A stretch of 64,000 nt of DNA from Klebsormidium nitens (lineage: Eukaryota > Plantae > Klebsormidiophyceae), in contig DF236966.1 in NCBI GenBank assembly GCA_000708835.1, forward strand, positions 310,001 through 374,000, given 5' to 3'. This document shows positions 37,601 to 48,900 of this stretch, piece after piece. Under the pieces are notes generated by a model. The model made no database searches. It saw nothing but the letters and a program-made list of their open reading frames with translations, and had not been told where the DNA came from. A program made the position numbers and the translations under genes. Numbering within the stretch: the stretch's first letter is position 1; every line of letters starts with the position of its first letter.

Positions 37601-40600
37601 CTCGGATCGATCACGCGGCGCGAGCTGAAGTTGTCTTTGAGCAGTCCGGACTGCATCCGACGGCTAGAAACGTGCGTACAGGACCGTCAGTGCTTAGACC
37701 CCCACCTGCTCTCCGCGCTCGTTCGCCACTCTAGTTGCCACCGATACGGCGGAAATGCGCCGCGGCTGCGTGCAGATGATGTTGCACTGCATCATGCTGG
37801 CGTCAGCCTCCTCGAGAACGAACTGGGGAAGCTGGGTCGTCTTGCCGCACCCAGTCTCGCCGGACACAATCACCACCTGAGGGAAAGAAAGGTGCACTCG
37901 CGGCGATTTGTGAATGGCCAACGCGGGATTAGCACGTGATAAGAAATTTCAAAGTGTTCTCGCGGTTGTGAGCGACTCATTCACGGACCCAACAGTCCTG
38001 GCGGGAGCGACAAAAGCCGACTCGCAGGTCCACCGACTCATCTTCGAAACAGTGGCTCTGTTCGATCCTGTTTGTCTCGTGGAGCGAGAGAAGCCCACAG
38101 TCAGCGCTTGCACCTTACTAGTTACAGAACGCCTTGAAAGGCTTCTCCAATCCAAGAGACAGAGAAAAACTCTGTAATCCAATCCAATTACCTGGTTATT
38201 CACCACGGCTCGCAGCAGGTCTCCCCGCACGTTCCACGCCGGCAACCGTTTCCGTCCGTCCAGCATAATCTCCGCCCGGTTCAGCTCCCGGTGCGTCCGC
38301 TCCCGGACGAACGGCATCGGCTCGACGCCCCGCCGACCCCTTCTAGTTGCCCGGAACTCCATCTCCCGGTCCTCCAAGCCAACGCTAGACGAGAGGTAGT
38401 CATCTGCGGATGGGAGCTGGAAGTGTCAGCCATGCAATGATGCCTGCGCCTTAGAACATTGTACTGAACGCTTGTTGAGCTCGATGAAGTCTTCAGTCTG
38501 CGCAATGTTGTTGACCTCTGAAAGACTTTGTTTGGTAGAGGGCTCGCCGCTCGGAGCAGATTCTCAATGTCCGCGTTGCTTGCAATCGAAGGCTGCGGGT
38601 AGGGCAGGGGAACCGAAGGCGGAAAGGCAGGTAGACGAGCTGCCGAAGAGCTGCCTCCTGCGTTAAGTCGACTCTGCTTTCAAAAGAAGGTATTGCACGC
38701 TTCAACAGGATCCTGAACAAGTCTCTTGAGAGGCACTTCGTGGATCCTTGACTTTGTCCCAATACAAAGGAAATACGTTCTTACGTTCGTTTTACGTTCT
38801 CAGGTGATATCCGCACACGTCACGCTGATGATTGCATCTGAACGATTTGCTCAGCCCAAAAGCCCGAAAGGCATTACCGTTCTACGTTGATTCAACGAAG
38901 CCTCTCAACCCTGTGCTGCTGCCTCATAACGTATTCCTGATCTGAAGCAAAAACTTCTTGCCACTTTTCTTCGGCAATGGGGCATGGAAGGTGCAAGAGT
39001 AGGAGAAGCCAGTGCTCGCCTGCCTCGATGATCGGCGGCGCCGCTCTCAGCTCCGCTGTGCCTCGACCATTCTCGTTGACAGGATGCGACTCCTTGCTCC
39101 AGCCATTGACATCCCGCTGTTTCCAGTCCTCCACAGAATCCACCCCCATCGATTCACGAGCACCGCTTCTTGACGAAGCGTCCAAATGTTCTTTCGTTGT
39201 ACCGTATCTCGACGACGGTCCGGCACTATTTCCGGAAGCTGCCCGTTCGTGCCCACTGAACAGAGCGCTTCTCTGTTCCGAAGCGAACGGTAGGTCAGTA
39301 TCAGAATGACCAGCTGATGACGCGCCCGTGTTGCTGTTGCTGGCAACGAGACCGTTCGCAGTCGAGCCCCCAGATCGACTCAAGTCCCTCCCTATGTAAT
39401 TCATACTCCCCTCAACCAAGGGCTCCTGCCCAGCTGTAACTGGTGGGGACCCGTAATTCGTCCCAGAGCTCACCGTCGCTGACCCCAAACTCCCCAATCC
39501 AGTCGAAGACGAGGCCTCTCGTTCCGGTGTCCCCGAAACGGAACTCCCCCCGCCCACATTCCGTTCCGCCTCGCGCAGCGCGCGCCGCACCGACTTCCGT
39601 GCTGCATTCTTCACGCCGTCGTGCGGACCCCCCTCGACCTTCTTCCACCGCGACTTGTCCACAAAGTCGTCGTCCGAGTTTTCTCCGTCCGAAAACGCCC
39701 CTTTCCGCTCCACGGATTTCGCTAGCTCCTGCAGGGCGGCATTCCGGCGGACCCTCCTGGAGCGGCCGTCGAGAGCCTCGCCGGGGCTCACGCCTTCCAC
39801 ACGTGCGTTCACTTTCATTCTGCGGTTTGCAGTGAGAACGTCTAGCAGCTCCAGATCGCTCTTGTCTTCCGCTGTGAAGGCCTCTTCTGACCCCTCCCCT
39901 TCAGACTCCTCTCCTTCGGACCCTTCCCCTTCCAACAGTCTCTCCCAATCCTTTCTCCACTCACCGTCAAAACCCTCCCCAGAGATCGTCTCTGCCCTTT
40001 CCCCAGAGTAAGTAGATGCAAACTCTTCCATTGTCGAGCGTGCGGAGCCTGCCCCTGGCTCATTGTCCGGAGCGGCTAGTCTCCTCAACTTTTCCGACAA
40101 GTCTAAGCTGCTTTCCGAAACCAGGCCGCTGCCTGGCATCGAGTCAGCCAAGGGCTCCGTAGGAGGATGTTCGGCAATCGGTCTGGCGCCGTTACTAACG
40201 CTCATACTTGAGTTCAACACAGCATTCACCTCTGCACCCGCTCCGGTCTGTTCCGCCCTGCTTTGACTGCTCAAATCCGCTTCGCTTCTTCCCCCTCCGT
40301 TTTGCAACTCACTCTCCCCCTCAACAGCTCCTCTGCTTCCGTTTTCCGAAGCTTCCTCCCCAGTAACCATCCCAAACTTTCCATTCCCAAAATTCGAGGT
40401 TTCTGTCCCCTTCCGGTTATTCACGTTCTCCGCCACATCCCCACCTTGCAAAGTGCCCCTCGAGCCTTCCCTATGTGACGAGCCGACCAATGTGGCCAGC
40501 CTTTCTTTGCGCTTGTCCTGCGCCTTTGACACGATGTCATGGATGTGCTTGGCGGTGTGGATCGACATCCCAACCTTGCGCTGCTTGGGCTTGCGGTCAA

Positions 40601-42464
40601 AGACCGTGCTAAAGTTCGGCATCGGTTCTTTCATGATGACCATGCCCTTGGCATAGGCTTGGCTGCAAGACAACAAAAATGGGTTTGAAAACAGGTATGA
40701 CACTGAAACACCATGCTTGTGTTTGGCTTTCCAACGTGCCTGCGCGAGACGTGCGTCAGGCGTCTTCGCCATCGCCAAAATGTTGACCAATCAAAAACCT
40801 TTCGAAGATCCCACCTACTGTCCCTGAACAGGCGCAAATTAATTCTTGACCATCTCTCGCAATCACAAACTGAACTTCCAACCTTCCCAGGAGTGTGTAA
40901 AGGTTCCAGATACTCGAATTCAAATAATCAGGCTTCGAAACAAAATGCATATGCAAAAAGCTCAGCCACTGAAAACCCCTCTCCTTCTTGGTCCCCTGCA
41001 GCTTCTACTGTGTGCCTTCACTTTGCATCCCCCTCCCTTCTTCAGCTTTTTCTTTGCCCCCTTTTCCCAGCTCTTTCTCTCCCCTACTTGCTGATACACT
41101 CTTCCTCGACATTCTCATTTTGTGGGGTCACTACAAGCAAACACTTTTCATGTCCAAAGAAGTGACTTACCAGTAGAGCCCGTGTGCTTGCACCATCTTC
41201 GCCATCGCCGCAATCGCATCGTCCTCCTTGATATACTTCTCGTCATTCAGCACGATGCGCACCTCGTGCGGGTTCTCCTTGAACTCTTGCAGCCGTCGCT
41301 TCCATCGTGTCTCCTTGATAGGGGAGGGCGCCTTCTGCAGAAATCCAAGATGGGGGAAGATAGACTCAGTACCGATATCTGGAATGGCAAGATCTAAAAA
41401 GCAGAACGGAGATGGGGATTCCCATGTCACTGCGACGGATTCAAGGGTGATGTCTGTTCCACTTATATTGACTGACGATGAAAATCTGCGTGGGAGGCAG
41501 GTCGAGGCGGCAGTCTTCGGAAACATCAATCGGCACATTAATCCTGGGAGAAGTAGAGAAATGGTGGTGCACTTCTGTCCACAGCTTGTCAGTCCAACTC
41601 TCATGCATGAAGAGTGCCCCCCCCAAAGTGAATTTACAACCGCTGTGTTTTATTACTGTGAGTCTTTCGAGGTTGCGAGTACTTCAAGACCATCACGTCA
41701 CCAATCAGAAGTCCTCTTAAATATCAAGAATGACCATGTAACCTCACACGCTCTGGCCACTCAGTTCAACAATCTCTTGTCATGATGATTCTTTAAATCT
41801 TCTAGAAAGCCTTCACCAGACGATGCAAGTATTTTCTGGTTGCATATGGTGGTGCAACTGTTCTGTGACAGTGGCGTCCCCTGAGGACTCTGCGAAAGGT
41901 GGTATGCATACTTTTGAGAAAGTTTCGGTTTGTGGCGTCTCCCATGATACGGTGATCATGCACCCTAGGGGCTGGCGCAGCTCACAGATAGATGATGTTC
42001 TTTACCACCACCAGATAAAAGTTATATCTAACTTTTCTTAACCAACTTTTCAATCAACTAACTTTTCCCCTCCCATACCAGGCAAAGCCAATCTCTCAAT
42101 CTCATGCCCAAAAACCCACCTGATTTGGATCTCCTTCATAGCATTCAAGACTCACCTTTTGCCCTGCGTAGGTCCTGACACATTGCTTCTGCCTTGCACT
42201 CTGTGGCCCGAGCGTTGGCGGCATTCCTCGGCCCCATGCCAAAATGCTGCCCCCAAGGAAAAAGGCATGAGTTGATGTCAAAGTTTTCTGAGTTTGCCGA
42301 AAAGCGGGATCCGCGGCAACAGAGCGTTTTGCAGAGGCGCGGCAAAACGAGAAGGTCCTCGTTGCTTCAAAGTGTAAACGAACTGAGGCCAAGCTTTGTG
42401 CTCGCGTAGGCATGTGCCGGGTGCTGACCCTGATGCCGCTTGACATTGCCGCCATGGCAGCCAT
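28680..42464 (-). CDS. DHX36: DExH-box ATP-dependent RNA helicase, DHX36/plant DExH1-like, ~1565 aa
   Basis: 19 minus-strand exons: 42464-42156, 41334-41171, 40662-39020, 38403-38192, 37876-37706, 37262-37164, 36733-36605, 35975-35901, 35125-34982, 34529-34176, 33914-33720, 33363-33229, 32677-32524, 31904-31600, 31265-31107, 30327-30196, 29619-29513, 29126-29030, 28793-28680 (4698 nt). Motifs: [51 protein letters not shown]2 and OB-fold ([15 protein letters not shown]). Gene symbol gives the closest family; orthology not tested. Confidence 0.93.
33566..33612. repeat. Intronic 25-bp tandem duplication
   Basis: ctgacagtacattctactgtaatgt followed by ctgacagtacatttcactgtaatgt. Confidence 0.8.
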
Positions 42465-42970
42465 CAAAGGCGACTAGGCCAGGCTTTTCAAAACAAGCTT
42501 CACTTCTTGTCTTGAATGATATGCAAAGCTTTCAAATCGGCCCTGGGCCTCAGGCTTAGCAAGCATTTGTCGTGGTTGATCACACTGTATCAGTGTAAAT
42601 GCGTTTCAAGGTACGTGACCTGGTGCAATAACCAAGCCGTAGTGCAAGCATCCTCGCCGTCAGAGTGAATTGCCTTGCGCAATCGACGGCTCCGGAGGCT
42701 GGAAAATGGCAACCGAGCTCTTGGGTTTGGATTACTGCAGTCCGGAGCATTCACATGAGACTCTGGTCTGAAGACTTTCAAGAGTCTTCACCAACATCCA
42801 TGCCTGAGCCTGAGCCTGAGGCTGCCAGGCAGAACTTTCAGAGGTTCCAGCCAACGTCATTCTGCAGCCTTAGGAAGGAGACCGCTGCACAAGAGAAGCC
42901 GCCGGCGGCCGCATCGTTCAGGGGTGCAAACTTTGTGAAGCAACTTCTCCACGTTCGCTCTGTTGGAGGT
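42465..42970. promoter_or_regulatory. Putative bidirectional promoter/5' UTR region between the helicase (-) and SPT5 (+)
   Basis: Predicted start codons at 42464 (-) and 42971 (+) face apart by about 500 bp. No specific core elements were assigned. Confidence 0.5.
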
Positions 42971-45900
42971 ATGGCCCGCTCAGATGACAGCGATGATGAT
43001 TTCGAGGAGGAAGAAGATTTTGATGAAGACGAGTATGAAGATGAGGCGCCAAAGAGCAAAGGTGCGCTTTACAGCAGTCACTGTGTTGTCAAGGTTTTGC
43101 AAAAGGAGAGAGGCCACATTCTGAGGGACTGGGAGTTGGGATGCAGTGATGGGGATGCTTCTTTAATGACTGCCCATTGCTTCTTTTAGTGATGTGATAC
43201 AGGATTGGATCAGAGATCATCGTTGGTAGAAGAGAGGCAGCTTGGGCTGTAACCTTCTCACAAGAAGATGACCGGTGTCCGAAAGCCGTTGCATTTTATC
43301 AGTGTGGGTGCTTATATCAAGCAACCACTATACCCTCCTTTCGAGCCCTTGCATAATCGAACTCAGGAAGGTTTTTGAAAGCCTTGCTAGGAGCATGCAG
43401 AGTTTGGGAGTCGAGCAATCAACGGTCTGCATTAGTTGTGGTCATCATGCACGAAGGTGTGTTTGAGAGATGCTGCAACATGGGTTTCTTATACTGTTTC
43501 CACATTTTCGCTCACTCTTTCAGCTGCAGACAGTGCACAGTGGGCACAAAACTTTCACTCAGAGTAGTGCAAAGCACGTCGGTTTTAGGGTTTCCTGCTC
43601 TCCTCAGGCCTTGCCACTTCAAATGTTTCTTCATTGTGAACGTTCATTCACTCTTCCGAGTTGCTCCCAAAGCTTCGGTTGTCCCCGTCGAGCAAGCAAC
43701 CTTGGATTGCTTGCACAGCAATTGCGACACGCATCCCTGCCCACCTGATTTAATGCTTGAGAGTCTCCTTCTTCTGGCCCGCTGTGTCAGCCCTTATTTG
43801 GTTCCATAAGTAATCTGCCAGAAAACGAAAATGTTGCTACAGCTCCTTGCCAAGAGCCAGAGTTGGTCACAGTGTATTGATCCTAGTCGGGCTTGTCGTC
43901 TGCACGAGTATGCGTCCAAACCAACTACCACTTGAACTGCCCTTTACAAAAAGCGCCCCTGGGGCAAGCGCCCCGTGCAGCCTGTACAGAAACTAGTGCT
44001 GCCACAACCAGACATATTGTCGGTTTTACTCTGGGAGTTCACTTGATGACCCGGTGAATTGATGGCGGATTCCATATCTTCAGGCAAGGGCTCCAAGGGC
44101 AAGCGGCCGCGGAGCCTGTACATAGACGATGCGGCCGAGGAAGACGAAGACGAGGATGAGGATGAGGAAGAGGAGGAGCAACGGCACAAGAAGCGCAAAA
44201 GAGGCGCGGCGGCGTTCATCGACGATGCCGCTGACGTTGCGGATGAGGACGAGGAGGAAGAGGACGACGACTATGCGGACGGTGGGTTTTGACCAATCAT
44301 TGTTGAATATTTGCTTATTGTGTGCTAACAAGTGGGCTACTGGTTTGAGTTCGTAGTGGAGTTGTAGGAGAGTCCATGAAGTTTTACTGATATGGATACC
44401 ATCGAAGTACGTTTCATAATCAGATGACGATCCATTCTGAAGTGGAGCACAAAGCTCAACAGACTGTTTGGATCTGTGAAGCCAATTGGTTTGGCTTTCT
44501 TTCCAGGGAGACGATCATGCCCTTTACACAAGCCTCCCTACTTGTCAGCGCAGGTCTGAAGCTTAAAATGCCTTTTTCTTCTGATGGTCACTTTCCTGCT
44601 GGCAAAACCCCTTGTAAACAACATGCTTTAGGCCGCGTTTGCCTTGGAATCTTAATAGCAATGATATCTTATATCGCCTTTGCTCTGGTGCTCTACAGAC
44701 CTTATCGACGACAACGAACTTCCCAACGAGGTTGGGCCGAGCCGCCAGGAGGCGTTCCGCTCGTACCGCGACATGGCGCGCAACCTGGAGGAGGACGAAG
44801 AGGACGACGAGGCGGGGCTGGAGAAGTTCCTCAAGGAGCGCTACGAGCGCTACGACCAGGTGAGCTGTTTCGCGAGCATGTTACCAAAGTTTCACGTCGA
44901 AGTCCGTGACGGGGCTGGAGACGCCCCTCACGGAGGATTACAAGGGCTATGACCAACGTCAGCGGCTTTGCGAGCCATTTTTTCAAGGTTCATGTCGAGA
45001 GGTTTATGTCTAAGTTTGTGACCACCGGGATTCGTTTGATGGAATCTCTGTCGATCCTGTGGCCGAGCCATTGTGATCTGCGGTTCATTGGTTGCTCTTT
45101 GAAGCCGTGCAAGTCGATGTATGCAACCTGCTCCTTTCAAAGGTTTGTGCGAGTGACAAACGGTCGGCCCGAACCGGTTTTCGGCACAGTGCGTTGAGTG
45201 GTTTCGGTTACCTTCTTTCGTCCGTTCTCAAGGACTGCCCATAAAGAACATCCACAAAGCTAGGCTTATGTAGGAAAATTTGGGTGTCTGTCCCGAGACG
45301 AGGATGAAAACCTTCTTCGGGGGGTCTGCATAGCCTGCCTTCAAACGATCTTCGACTAATCGCTCTCTTTGTGGCCTCAGGCGCAAGATCGCGATGAGGA
45401 CGAGGCTGGTCCTGTCGACTCGGAAGCCCTGGCGCCGTCAGTGGACGACCCCAAGCTGTGGATGGTGAAGTGTCAGGTAAGCTTTAAAGCATTCTTTTAC
45501 CATTCCTTCTGTAAGTAAGAGCCTTACTGGTAGCCGGCATAATCGGTGTGAGTGTCCCATCTCGCACCTTTCCCGATTGAGTAGGTCGACGAGATGAATG
45601 AAAATCAGGTGCTCTTTCCTTACGATCTCGCTTATGAATGAAAGCTTACCCCATCCTTAGTCTTCCTTGCAAACCTTGCACAAGAACGCCTTTGACATGG
45701 TAGGCGCCGATCGTCTACTGGCCTGCTTTCCCCCTAAGGCTGGGGGCTTGAGCACTCTGGCTGGGGTGCTCGCAACTTGTTCTGCTTTGGGATAATCCCG
45801 GAAGTTTCCACTCTTTTGTCGTTAACGACTTTTCCGACGTTTGACGGCGGTTTTGATTCCCACACGACTAGGAAAGTTGTTACTTCCCCGAATTGCAAAG

Positions 45901-48900
45901 CCTCGTTACTGCTGCGGCTCACACAGTCATCTCGTTCATCGCAGTTCGGACGTGAGAAGGAGGCGGCGATCTGCCTGATGCAGAAGTCCCTCGCACGGCT
46001 GGCGGAGGGCCGGCCGCTGCAGATCCGATCGGCAGCCGCAATCGATCACTTGAAGGGATATCTGTACATAGAGGCGATGAAGGAGAGCCACGTGCGAGAG
46101 GTGAGTTTTACCCCGGGATTACCAATTGAACGGATTTAGCCTTTCTTGCAGTAAGCGAGAAAGAGCTCTGCTTCCGCAGCTTCTGGATTGATACATCTTC
46201 GCCTTTTCCTTGTTTGAGAGAAGCGAAGCTCACGCTCAATATTAGAGCACCTCTACACGTCAACCACGTGGTTTTTCCTTCCCAAGCCCAATTGCTCTGT
46301 TTTACCAACCCGAGAAAGCCCTATTTACCAACCCAAGAAAGCCCGAGGGTTCTTTTACATGTTAATCAAGCCCCGCTTGTACAGGCGATCACGGGCCTGC
46401 GCATACTGTACTACAAGATCACGCTGTGCGCCCATCCACGAGATCATCTTTTAGAACCCAGTATTTCTATCCTCATCAACACTCTACAGCTCAAAGGCCT
46501 TGCAGACCTTAACGTCCAATTTCGCCCCCCGCAGGCAATCGCGGGCCTGAGCATTTTGTACTACAAGATCACGCTCTTTCTATTCACGAAAACCACCTTT
46601 CCGAATCCAAGCATTCTATCCACATCAACACGCTAAGGCCAAGAACCGCTTATAAAGTACAACCCCTACTTTGCAGGCGATCACGGGCCTGCGCATCCTG
46701 TACTACAAGATCACGCTGGTGCCCATCCGCGAGATGCGCGACGTGCTGCGCATCACCAAGAAGCAGCTGGAGCTGCAGCGGGACACGTGGGTGCGCGTGC
46801 GCAACGGGCTGTACAAGGGCGACCTCGCGCAGGTCGTCGACGTGGACCACGTGCGCAACCAGGCCACGCTCAAGCTCATCCCGCGCGTCGACCTCCAGGA
46901 GCTCGCGCGCCGCCTGGTGAGTTCTATCTGTCCTCGTTATCCGTCATTTGTCGTAAGCGGATCTTCCATATCTGTGCTTACGCCTTGGGGAGAACTCTAA
47001 TCAAGCTTTGCGTATCTGAAAAAAGCTGAAGGTCAAGCTCATCACGCCATCGACCTCCAGGAGCTCGCGCGTCGCCTGGTGGGTGTTCCGCCTTGGTCTT
47101 CGTGAGTGTTTATTGTTTGAGTCTCTATCTGCGCCCTGTTAATTGTTGAAAGGCTCAAGGTTGTGCTCATCCCACGCGTCGACCTCAAAGAGCTCGCGCG
47201 CCGCCTGGTGAGACTTCCTGCCTTCGTTCATCGTCGTTTGCTAGTAATCATTTCTCGAATTGTTATCCCACCTTGCGGAAAGGGTTTTGCTTAGGCGCAT
47301 CCAGCGCAACGACCCCTGAGAGAATGGACGCCGCCTGGTGGCATCCCTATTCTCATTTGGCGTCCTCGTTTGTTGTCGTCCACGCTCCGTGTTCGTCAAG
47401 TGTTTGAAGATTCTTTGTTGCGCCTTGATTGTGCGTCCTGCGGCGAAAAGCAAAGAGCTCTTAGACAAATTCAGCCTGTGCGTCGACCTTCAGAAACTTG
47501 CGTGCTGCATTGTGGGCGCTTTCTACTTTGTTCTAGTCCTCGTCGCACCTACGCCATGTCATTGACGCTCATTAGACCAAAGGTTTCAACCATCCAATGA
47601 CGTCAGTAGTCGAATAAAGACGTTTTTATTGTTGGCTGCAGGAGGGCGAGGGACGGGACCAGAAGAAGAAGACTCGGCCCCCGCAGCGCTTCTTCAGCCT
47701 GGACGAGGCGCGCGACCTGCGCATCCCGGTGGAGTCGAAGCGGGACAACTACGGCGACGCGTTCGAGTTCATCAACAACCTCAAGTTTCGGGACGGCTAC
47801 TTCTTTAAGACCGTCTCGCTCAAGAGCATCGTAAGTGCCTTGTATCCATAATACATGTCGCACAGCATAATATCAGATATCTTTTACGGAAGTCGGTTCG
47901 TGCCGAATGCGGCACCCATCTTCAGGTATACGGGCATGGTGATTTCGTCAAAATATGGAACCAGTCTGGCGAGCGGTATGAGCAAGGATTGCCAATCAAA
48001 GACTTCAACTCAGAAACCAGATGCCGAGTTTGATGCACAATGCCTCAAGCAGACGTGTTTGTTGAAAGTAAGCCGTTCGTTTGCCCTACAGGAAGTGAAG
48101 GAAGTGGTCCCCTCCTTTGACGAGCTACAGAGGTTCCAGAACGCTCCTCAAGGGGAGGACGGCAGTACGCGGAGGAACGATCTGCCAAGTGAGTGTCAGG
48201 CGACACCCTACAGCAGGAGGCACGCCCTTTTGACACCACTGGAAACTGTTGCATTTCGGTCACACGCTATGTGATTGACATCCACAGGTCTTGTATCGGT
48301 CAGCTAGCCATCTTTTGCCCAAGTGCAGATCTTCCGTGTTCAGCATGCTCTATCGTTCCCCATAATCAACAATAGTCAAAAATAACGTGCACAGCTGCGC
48401 AGCAAGCCTCTGGCTCACCGGGCAGCACTAACCGATGCGGCCACTCCAGACTAAATGTGCTTTCTTCCCCGGGCAGCTTTAATCGATGGGGGTTTGCAGA
48501 GTCCTGACTAACCCTGCCTATCTTGCCCGGGTAGCCCTAATCGACGCGGCCACTCCAAACCAGTTCTGCTTTTCTTTCTTAGGCAGCTTTAACCAATGCG
48601 GCTGAGCGTAAGTTCTGACTAAGCCGACCTATCTTGCCCCCGGCAATCTTAACCGCCCCAGCCACTCCCAACTTATCTAATTCTGCTTTCTCCCTCAGGC
48701 AGCCTTAACCAACAGGCCATCCTTGACTAACCCTGCCTTTCTCTCCTGGCCAGCCCTAAGCGACGCGGCCATCAGCAAGAAGAAGGTGCACTTCGTGCCC
48801 GGGGACTCCATCCGGGTGGTGGAGGGCGAGCTGAAGAGCCTGCAAGGGACGGTGGTCCACGTAGACGAAGTCCAGGGCATCGTGCGTGTGCGCCTCCGCG

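Noticed and set aside
38892-39019. Tail of the 632-aa ORF as a protein C-terminus
   Set aside because: It is read-through into the intron after the GC donor; the helicase core continues at 38403.
48420-48775. CRISPR-like array
   Set aside because: Eukaryotic intron, degenerate units without unique spacers, and no cas genes.
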